The notes beneath the pieces were generated by a model that had not been told where the DNA came from, did not search any database, and saw only the letters and a list, made by a program, of their open reading frames with translations. A stretch of 64,000 nucleotides of DNA from Diplonema japonicum (lineage: Eukaryota; Protista; Euglenozoa: Diplonemea), in NCBI GenBank assembly GCA_964019335.1, contig OZ025653.1, forward strand, positions 682,001 to 746,000. The letters run 5' to 3'. Position numbers and translations under genes: made by a program. Below are positions 55,761 through 64,000 of this stretch, in pieces (positions within the stretch are counted from its first letter, which is position 1; every line of letters begins with the position of its first letter).

Positions 55761-56681
55761 TTAATGCAAGTCTTTTGTCAGACTAAACCAAACCATAAGG
55801 CCTATGAAGGTAGCGAAGATGAAGAGGGCAACAGGGTCGGCACAGCGGGGCTCAATAGGTTCACCCAACTCCACTTCGAAGGTGAAGTACTCATCCTCAA
55901 GGGGGATGGTGTACTGGTCGTGGAACCGGACCGTGGCACGCCGGCCTGTGATGTCAGACCATATTTTTTGTGTGTTGAGCTTCGGTGCTATTCTGCGAAT
56001 GAGCTCAGGCATCTCAACTTGTATGTCCCATCTGTCTGGCGTGTGGTTGAAGATCGTCAGTGGCATCGTGAAACTAATGATATCTTTCTCTTCAAATTTC
56101 TGTTTTTCACATTTGCACGCCACCACGTAGAGCACCTTGACAACAATGTCCTGCCCAGGCTGCAGCTCCATCAACTCCGGTGACGTACCAAAAAAGTAGA
56201 AAAAAGGCCTGTCCGACCGTTTTTTCTTTTTCTTCACCTCCGCACCCGACCCGAACCACGACCCCAGCAAGGACTCTGTCTCTTCGTTCTTCTCTTCCTC
56301 GTCCTCCTCGTCCACCCATGGTCGTGTTACGCCATCTGGCGTTTGTTCGTACAGTGCTCCGTTCATCGCTTTTAACTCAGCAGTCGCGCCGCCTTGCTTC
56401 CACAGCACCTGCAGAGTGGTGATCTTCCCTACCTCACACATTGGGAAATAAAACTCCACCCCAGCCGTGTCGCAGCTGTACCTGAACGTAAGCTCCACCA
56501 CAGCGTTTGTGTGTCGTATTTTCACCACGGAAGTGGTGTACTTACACTGCAGCTGGTCACCGTCTAGTGTGTACATCCCCCAGTGCATCTTGCTTCGCTT
56601 CTGCACGAACCTCTTAACCCTCGTCTCCTTCGCCCTCCGCTCGCGCGCCTCAAACGCCTTCCTATACCTCGCACCCAACAT
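55761..56681 (-). CDS. Hypothetical tail-anchored protein with beta-rich (VIT-like) domain
   Basis: 306-aa ORF with C-terminal TM VALFIFATFIGLMVWF; the VIT likeness is weak. Confidence 0.65.
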   Translation of the reverse strand: MLGARYRKAFEARERRAKETRVKRFVQKRSKMHWGMYTLDGDQLQCKYTTSVVKIRHTNAVVELTFRYSCDTAGVEFYFPMCEVGKITTLQVLWKQGGATAELKAMNGALYEQTPDGVTRPWVDEEDEEEKNEETESLLGSWFGSGAEVKKKKKRSDRPFFYFFGTSPELMELQPGQDIVVKVLYVVACKCEKQKFEEKDIISFTMPLTIFNHTPDRWDIQVEMPELIRRIAPKLNTQKIWSDITGRRATVRFHDQYTIPLEDEYFTFEVELGEPIEPRCADPVALFIFATFIGLMVWFSLTKDLH

Positions 56682-56794
56682 CCTGCTGACCTGCGGTGGT
56701 GTGCTGTCGTCTTTAAACTTAGGAAAAGTGAATAAAAAGGGAAACTCAAATAACGTATTTTACGAACCAGCAGCGAACGGAAGTGGTATCGATA

Positions 56795-57541
56795 TTAGAT
56801 CAAGCCACGGACGCGGAGGAATTCGCGAGAGCGGAGATCCGCTTGTCTCACCGCTTCAGGGACGCGGACACGGGACGTCTTGCAGACGATAGCGACAGCA
56901 ACCGCCAGGGAGATGTGCGTGCCGACTGAGACGAAGACGGGGTTTTTGGAGCTTTCGGTGGTGCGGACTGCCGTGCCCCAGACACGCCCTGAATCTCCTT
57001 TGAGCGGGTAGGTGGAATAGACAGTTGGGAAGGTATTAGGTTCTGACATAATGGGCTTTATCATAGAAGATGGAAGTCCATCTTGTTCAAGGGAAAAGTA
57101 CTTCTTGGCAACACCCACCGTTGGAATCCCAATAGCGACCCCCAAGTGAGACGCCGATCCAAAGCCTCTGTTGTGGAGCACACCGTTCCCGTCTACCATG
57201 ACCACCTCGGGCACCAGGTCGGGGGCTGTCTCCCTAATATTGCTAATTAGAGATACCATGTGTGGGACTTCGCGGAACCCTAAGAACCCCGGCAGGTACG
57301 GCACGTCCAACTTTACCATCTTACTGTCCTCATATATCACATCGAGCTTTGGGTAGTTCAGCACAACAAGCGTCACGCAGGCATCTTCCTCGGACTCCTT
57401 GCTGAATGATATGTCAATGCCCCCTATCCTGCTGAGGTCGTCCCACGATCGGTGGTCTTCTTCGCTGAGTTGCTCTTTCATTTCCAGTTGCATCACGCGC
57501 CATTTCTGTTTAAGGGCGTCAAGCTCTTCGGGGTGTGTCAT
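56795..57541 (-). CDS. ENDOV: Endonuclease V
   Basis: IGGIDISF, PYLPGFLGFRE, MVDGNGVLH, GSASHLG, GVAK, PVFVSVG and RVPEAVRQAD. Confidence 0.95.
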   Translation of the reverse strand: MTHPEELDALKQKWRVMQLEMKEQLSEEDHRSWDDLSRIGGIDISFSKESEEDACVTLVVLNYPKLDVIYEDSKMVKLDVPYLPGFLGFREVPHMVSLISNIRETAPDLVPEVVMVDGNGVLHNRGFGSASHLGVAIGIPTVGVAKKYFSLEQDGLPSSMIKPIMSEPNTFPTVYSTYPLKGDSGRVWGTAVRTTESSKNPVFVSVGTHISLAVAVAIVCKTSRVRVPEAVRQADLRSREFLRVRGLI

Positions 57542-57652
57542 TCTTTTTCTTTTTCTTTCTTCTCGTTCTCTGTTATGTGTTAGCAGAGAGGGTTTATTTT
57601 GCTATTTTTAAAAAAATTCGAATAAACGTAGGACACCGTGGTAACGGGTGCT

Positions 57653-58936
57653 TTACAGGGTCGCTCCCTTGTTGACTTTCCTGCGTAGTTTTCTAGGTAA
57701 GTACTTCACTTGTATCGCTGGATTCTTGATGACGATAGGAGGCGGGATGGGGACCTTCCTGCTGGTGGAAGACTTCACGACACCTGGATACTGAGGATTA
57801 AAGAACACATGAGCGTCTGCATGGTCACCTTGGGGAGGCTCTGGAGGCGGCATCTCAACAGGGTAGAAGGCGCTCTTGTGCATTCTTCTTTGAGAGGGAA
57901 TCTGGGATGCGATCTTTTTCGGTTTAAGGGGTTCTGTGGGGGTGTCATTTTTCTGCGACTCGCTCTCCAGTCGGAGACGTGGGACCACGATGTGTATCGC
58001 GGGTGGGGGCTCTCGCTTCATGAACGTGTTCTCTCTGCGGCGAGCGCTTTTGGGGAGGTTGCGGGTGAGGTCGAGGAACAGCTTTGAGGAGCCTTTTGAG
58101 GCAGATTCTTTAAGCTGTCTTTTAAGAGATCTGCAGAAGCGCGACCGGTAGGGGTTCACTTCTATTCGCTGGGCCTCCTCATCGGAGTCAAGGTAAGAAT
58201 CAAAAATATCGGCAAAATGTTTTTGCACAGGCATGTTTCTGGCAGGGTGAGGCCCGTACACTACGGGGGGTAAGTAGCCTGTGCACTGCGGTTTCACGGG
58301 CGGCGAACGTTGTTGCCTCTCTTGTAGAATGGCACTGTTCTTTAACTTGCTGACGTTGTGGAGGAAGGCAATCCCCTTGTGGTAGGCCCTCCCAGGCTGT
58401 TGGTACTCTCTTGCCTCTTCAATCTGTGCTCTGTAGTCTTCTTGCTCCATGAGCACTTGCTCGGCTTGCTCCCAACGATACCGCAGCATAGCGTTCTTCA
58501 GCTTCCGTTGTTTTTTCGCTTCGAGTGCCCGCTTAACTTTTCCAAACTTTTCAGTTCTCTCTGCGCTAGTGTTTATCAGCAGCATCTCGCTCCCCTTGGT
58601 GCTCTGGCTGAACCCGATGTGATTTTCCACAATCGCGAAAATCGAATCAGGCGTGGGTTCATCCTGCCCCAGGACAGCCAGCACCGTTTGAAGCTCAGCT
58701 GCGTACAGGAGCAGCACTCCTTCCCGCCATGATATTATCTCCTTGCGCAGGGCTTTCTGAGAGACCAGCTTCTGTGTCTTACTTGTGATGTTTTGCTGCA
58801 ACACCTCCTTATTGTGCACGGGCATGCATCCCTCCAAGGACACAGGGTCCTCCATTATGATACCGGTCGTTGGGTCAAGGAAGTGCTCCGGCACGCCCAT
58901 CCCTTGCGACATGAGGAAGAACTGCACTACAAGCAT
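57653..58936 (-). CDS. Hypothetical protein with N-terminal U-box-like motif
   Basis: VPEHFLDPTTGIIMEDPV...ALRKEIISW; start uncertain. Confidence 0.62.
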   Translation of the reverse strand: MLVVQFFLMSQGMGVPEHFLDPTTGIIMEDPVSLEGCMPVHNKEVLQQNITSKTQKLVSQKALRKEIISWREGVLLLYAAELQTVLAVLGQDEPTPDSIFAIVENHIGFSQSTKGSEMLLINTSAERTEKFGKVKRALEAKKQRKLKNAMLRYRWEQAEQVLMEQEDYRAQIEEAREYQQPGRAYHKGIAFLHNVSKLKNSAILQERQQRSPPVKPQCTGYLPPVVYGPHPARNMPVQKHFADIFDSYLDSDEEAQRIEVNPYRSRFCRSLKRQLKESASKGSSKLFLDLTRNLPKSARRRENTFMKREPPPAIHIVVPRLRLESESQKNDTPTEPLKPKKIASQIPSQRRMHKSAFYPVEMPPPEPPQGDHADAHVFFNPQYPGVVKSSTSRKVPIPPPIVIKNPAIQVKYLPRKLRRKVNKGATL

Positions 58937-58991
58937 CTCTTTCTTCCATACCTGTTTCTTTTTCTTCGTCATTTCTTTTTTTTTCTTCTCG

Positions 58992-59034
<43 letters not shown>

Positions 59035-59702
59035 CACATTTTCTGCCCTCCTGTGTGAAATTTAATAGTTTAAAGGAACCCTATAACAACACAAAAAAAA
59101 AAAGGAAAAAACCCCTTCGAAAATAAATATAACATGCAGGGTTAAATTACAGCAGCTTCCTCCTCGTGCTCGAGGGGTCTGGACCACACGCTCGTAAGGT
59201 TTTTCTCGGCAAAAAGAAACAGAAGAGATAAAGGAGGGCAGTCTACTCGAGTGAAGACCCCAGCCAAAAGAAAAAGCACGAGAAGTGTTAGCACTCGTAG
59301 TAGACAAATACCGAAACCCCAATCGCCGGCGAGATACTGTGAGAAAAATCCTTTTTTTTTTCTTTGTAAAAAAAAGCAAGTACCCATCAACTACCGCAGT
59401 AATAAGGATAAAAAAGGGGGGAATAAAGAGACAGCAGACCCCGTAGGAGAGGCTAAAGGAAAACCTAAGAGGTCCATCTCAGACATAAATAACAAAATGT
59501 GGGCCTTCACCACGTAGGGGAGAGGAGGGATCAAATATTCGAATTGAAGGCTTTTTTTTTATTTTTATTTATTTATTTTTTTTTTTTTTTCCTTGATGGT
59601 ATCATCAAGAAGAAAATTGGAAGAAGAAGAAAAAAAAAGAAATAATAAAGGGGGCAAGCTATTGAGGGCGAATCATTTAAAAAAAAAAAAAAAAAAAAAG
59701 TC

Positions 59703-60305
59703 CTAATTGTTGTACTTTGCAAGAATCTGCGAACAATACTCAAACGTGTTGGTAATTTGGGAAAAGTGTTCCTGCCTGGCTGCGGATGCAAGCTCAAGGT
59801 CAGAGGTTAGACTGGGGCTAGGCTTGAGGATATTGCTAACGGAAGGATGAAGAAGGGAGTGGCCAGCATCACAGGGACCATGTGGGCCTACTATAGTGCG
59901 TGGGCGCAGGAGCCTTTGCAACCAGTTGGCAAGACCGACCTGTCTACGGTAAACAGCACCTTTTTGCCGTGTAAAGAAGGTGAAGTGTTTTGGTGGTGGG
60001 AACGGTGTGTTCTTTCTCAGCTCTCTCGGCATGTTTTCTTCCAGTTTCCTTGCCGTTCCATACCTCAAGGTAACCATATGCACGTTGCCGTTGACCAGCA
60101 CTTCGAAATCATAAATAGCATATCCCCTCAGCAAGCCGCGGCATATTTTTGTTCCACCACACCTAACTGAAATTGCACCCATCCATGCTTCATCTTCTTG
60201 GCTTGACGGCAGAATGGGCGCACTCGCCGACGGTACCTCGATCTCTTGGTATTCCGCACCGAAGCTCTCATTCTCGTTCTCGTCACACTGGCTGGCGACC
60301 GACAT
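59703..60305 (-). CDS. PX-domain protein
   Basis: YAIYDFEV, LRY...L, PFPPPK and RRQVGLANWLQRLL. Confidence 0.72.
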   Translation of the reverse strand: MSVASQCDENENESFGAEYQEIEVPSASAPILPSSQEDEAWMGAISVRCGGTKICRGLLRGYAIYDFEVLVNGNVHMVTLRYGTARKLEENMPRELRKNTPFPPPKHFTFFTRQKGAVYRRQVGLANWLQRLLRPRTIVGPHGPCDAGHSLLHPSVSNILKPSPSLTSDLELASAARQEHFSQITNTFEYCSQILAKYNN

Positions 60306-61226
60306 TTTTCTTTTTTTTTGTTGTTCCTTTTCCCCCACTGGAAGTGGTAACAAGATGGGGGGGGGGGAAAAAAAGAAAAAGAAGAAGAAAAAAAGGAACG
60401 ACAATGAATCTAAGAGAAAAAAAAGGGGTGGAAAAAAGGAGGGGGAGGGGGGGAGAGAACAATAAGGGAAGAAAAAAAAAAGAACGAAAAAAAAAAAAAA
60501 AAAAAAAAAAAACTGAGAGGAAATACAAACATTTTGGTAGGAGGATGGGGTGAAGCGAATGAGGAAAAGAAGAGAAGTAAAAAAAAAAAGAAAGAAAGAA
60601 AGAAAATAGGGAGGGAAATGGGGGTAATCTTGCTATAAAAAAAAAAAATGTTCTTGTTTTATTTTATTTTATTTTGCTTTTTGCTTCGTTTTTTTTTTCT
60701 TCCTCTTTTAGGTGAAAAAAGATAAGCAAGACATTAGGGTGGGAGGAATCTCTAACATAGGGAAAAGGGGGAGGGAAAAAAAACCTGTAGGCAGGAAAAG
60801 AAGGGTGGGGGGAAAGGAGAAAACCCCTCAAAGGGGCAAAGGCCGTGTATCTGGGGTGTCATCCTTCACCCCTCATAGTGCCTACTTTTTCGCCCAAATT
60901 CGATTTTTTTCAATTGTCTTTTTCAAAGACAAAGAGTAGAGAGAGGGGGGAGAAAAAGTGGGGAGAAAAGAACAAAAAGTGTACAACAACGGCTCGGGTG
61001 GGAGTGGGAATACAGAGAAAAAAATAAGAAGAAAAAAAACTACCAGCATTACATTTACAGTCGACTCACCCCCTCGCATATTCTTTTTATATATTTTTTT
61101 TTAAATTTTATGATTCCCCCAAAATTAACCATATCAACAGGTTCTAAGCATCGCCTTCTGTACACCGCAGGCTTCATTCGAAGATAAATTTACAACAAGA
61201 TATGTGGTGTGGACTGCGGGTCAGGT

Positions 61227-63529
61227 TTAGGCGAGCCTGCCTGTCTTCAGGGGCGTGTCGATGGGTGAGGCAGGGCTGGCACCGGGGTACCCAAGTCTGT
61301 TTGTGCTGTTGTATTGGTGTGAATTGCATACCGTGCAGACGGGTAGTTGCCGAACTCCTGCCTCGGTGTGGCGGTAAGAGGCGTTATGTGGGCAGCAGGC
61401 ACGGGTGCAGCAGCGGCAACACCTGCGTAGGCAGGAGCGCCCGCCGCCACCGGGTGGTACGCAGCGTTGAGGGGTGTAGGCATCTGCGCGTTCATAACAG
61501 TGTTTGCCACAGCAGCATTCGCAGCTGCGTTGGCAGCCGCCGCATTGGCCAGCGTGGCGTACTCCTTCCTGGGGGACACGTGCGTGGGGGACACCATCTC
61601 GTCCGCCGCCCTCGTTGCCTCACAGAAGTCACGGTGGTCCCCCCTCAGCTTCGCTTCCTTCTCCTCAAGCGCGTCCCTCTGTGACCTCAGCCTGATCTCC
61701 TGGTCCAGCAGCGGGGCTTCCTGTGATCGTGTTACATTACACCCCCAACATACCTGTTCTTCAACGGTCCTCCTTTTCTGGGCGAATGCGGTGTTCTCAG
61801 CCTCGAGGGCCACCACCTTGCGGTCGGCCTCTTCAGACTTGTGCTGCGCGTCCAGGCGGGACACGTGGGCAGACTCCTCGTTCTGGCGTTGGATCTGTGG
61901 CGGTGTTGGCTTTGTGCGCAGCTATACCTGCAGGGCGTGGGCCTCCTCGTCCCTCCTGGCAGTGCCACGCTGCGTCTCGAGCTGAGACTGGGTGTGAGCG
62001 GCGTCGAGCTCCTTTTCGCGCTGCTGCTTGGCAGCCACGTCCAGGTCGGCCCTGGAAAGCCTCTCACTTGCGAGGGTGGCATCACGCACAGCCTCAGTAG
62101 CCGCAAGGGCAGCAGCCTGCTCTCGGGACCTTGCGTCAGTTACTTCGGCGCTGCGCTGAGCTGTGAGCTGCCTCTGCCTCTCAACCTCCGCTTGGGCCTC
62201 AGAGAGGGTCTGGGCCGCCTGCCTTTCCCTTTCCTGGGCAGCGGCGGTTGCAGCCTGCGCGTGAGCAAGGCGTGCCTGAGCTGCCTCAGTGTCTCTAACG
62301 CAGTCAGCGTGGAGGGTGGCTGCCTGTGCTTCCCTCTCCCTCTGGGCGACGAGCTCATGCTCCCTGGCACGGCAGTCGGCAGTAGCCCTCTCGACATCGC
62401 GACGGCCTTCAAGAAGCGCCTGTTGTGTTGTGTTATGTCGTCAGTAGCATACCTGCTCAGCAGCCCGCTGGGCGTCAATAGCCTGGGCAAGAGACACCTC
62501 CTGCGCCGAAAGCCTGCTCCTCGCGGCATCAGAGTCCCTCTGTGCCTCGAGCCAGTCCACTTGAGCCTGCTGGGACCTCTCCTTGAGCTCGGCAAGCATC
62601 TCCTTCGACGCCCTGATCTCCTGCTGCCTCCTCACGTCCTCCCAGTAGGCCTTCAGCCTGAAGTAGAAAGAGTCAATGAGCGTAGGGAAGTTCTCACCGA
62701 ACCTCTGCCATTCGGGGTACGAGATGACACCGTCCCTGTCGAGGTCCGCCTTCTGGATGAGGTCGCTGATGGTGGCACCAGAGAAATCGACGTGGAGGAG
62801 GTCGAAGGCCTGCCTCAGCTCATCGGGCTCGAGGAGCTTGTTGCCGTTGGTGTCGAGACCGTCGAACACGGAGCGTGCCTTGTCCTCGTGGGTGGCTGTC
62901 TCGGAGAAGGCAGGGATGACAACCTGCGGCACTGCCGTTGCGAGCTGCTGTGCCTGCTGAGCAGCATGCCTCGCGTTGGACATGGCGACCTGCTCGGCCT
63001 GCACGGCAGCCACTTGCGATGCATGGTTGGCGACGGCGGTAGAGGCCACGTGGGTGGCTGTCTGCTGAGCAGCAAGCTGTGCTTGGACGGCGGCAGCCTC
63101 GGCCTGGCTGGTGGCCAGAGCGTGGTTGGCAGCTGCGGTGGCTTGAGCCTGGGCCTGGGCCTGGGCCTGGACGGTCGCAGCGTCAACAGCAGCCATGGCG
63201 GAAGCAGCAGCCGTGGTGGAAGCAGCAGCTGCCACAGGGGCAGCAGGGGTGGCGGAGGTCTGGAAGGCAAACACCTGGCACCTGTCGGCGAGCTGCGTGG
63301 GGGACGTGAGGTCGACCCACTGCTGCAGCCTCTCGTTGTAGAGCTGGAACCTGGAGATCAGGAAAGGGGCAGCGAGAGTTCCGACAGGACGGCGGGCCGC
63401 AGCCTCGACCCCGTAGATGCTCTCCGTTTGTCTGGTGAGCTCGGCAAGCGTGGGGGAGGTCGGGAAGGTGACCTCGAAGTTCCCCTTCGTACCATACACA
63501 TCAGCGGCAACGAGCACAGTGAATACCAT
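61227..63529 (-). CDS. BILBO1: BILBO1-like protein (N-terminal domain, EF-hands, coiled coil); 4 introns
   Basis: VAADVYGTKGNFEVTFP..PTLAELTR...WVDL...QL...CQVFAFQ matches the BILBO1 N-terminal domain as I recall it; EF-hands DTNGNKLLEPDE and DLDRDGVISYPE. Introns 62420-62452, 61895-61927, 61721-61753 (33 nt each) and 61297-61331 (35 nt). Confidence 0.85.
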
Positions 63530-64000
63530 TTTTTTTTTCTTCCTCTTTTTTCTGATAAGTGATTTTAGTCACCTGTGAGGGAATGAGAACGGGCACAAGA
63601 AGAACAGCATGACGAGTGGATAAGGGGAGTAGGGGGTAGGGGGTAGGAAAGATGTTTTTTTTTTTCTCATTTCTTCTTTCTGGAAAGGAGGGCTCTCAGA
63701 TGCTCCATTCTTTTTTTTTTTATTCTCTTCTTTTCTCGCATCATACACGATTCGTCGGCAAGGTGATTACCACAAAAGCCGTGAAAAAAAAAGGAGGGGG
63801 TAAGAAAAAAAACAATGGTGCCTCTGAACAAACCCAATAGTAGTGTCCCCCCTTTTCTCTCTCTTGGCTGCAATTTTTTTTAAACGGAACAAACCGAAAG
63901 GCTCTGTGAGCCAGGTGTTCCCAGAATGGAGAAGCATCCAAAAAAAAAAAGGAGGGGAAAGACAGAAAGGGGGTTTAAGGGGTTACGACATGCACTCTTA

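Noticed and set aside
61895-62452. Stop-codon reassignment or readthrough (in-frame TGA/TAG in BILBO1)
   Set aside because: Both stops lie inside 33-nt GT-AG introns; all three stop codons end genes normally elsewhere.
61841-63562. 573-aa plus-strand ORF
   Set aside because: Antisense shadow of the BILBO1-like gene; its L/G/S bias mirrors Q/A codons.
1-64000. tRNA, rRNA, SL RNA or snoRNA genes
   Set aside because: None recognised by eye. Short mixed-composition islands (about 40-220, 30180-30310, 43180-43320, 59150-59520) remain unexplained and need an Infernal search or RNA data.

Overview
Eukaryotic protist DNA, very likely a euglenozoan of diplonemid type. The assignment is an inference from a BILBO1 homologue, a calpain-like protein, and about 29 genes all on the minus strand as in a polycistronic unit, yet with many cis-introns. 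Most apparent frameshifts in the ORF track are tiny canonical GT-AG introns; I reconstructed 22 of 30-58 nt that keep or restore the frame. Best candidate for a new system: a 960-aa single-chain cysteine synthase complex at 263-3145, made of active CysK + catalytically dead CysK + serine acetyltransferase CysE. It has an N-terminal PTS2 peroxisome/glycosome signal and keeps the CysE C-terminal Ile docking residue. Other highlights: non-LTR retrotransposon fragments whose sense-strand 3' tails are poly(T) rather than poly(A) and which stack head-to-tail; two copies of a non-coding Helentron-like element; terminal mini-exons that supply SKL or CaaX signals; and several pseudoenzymes (metacaspase, NEK kinase, trypsin-like). 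All calls are by eye from motifs; no database search was run.
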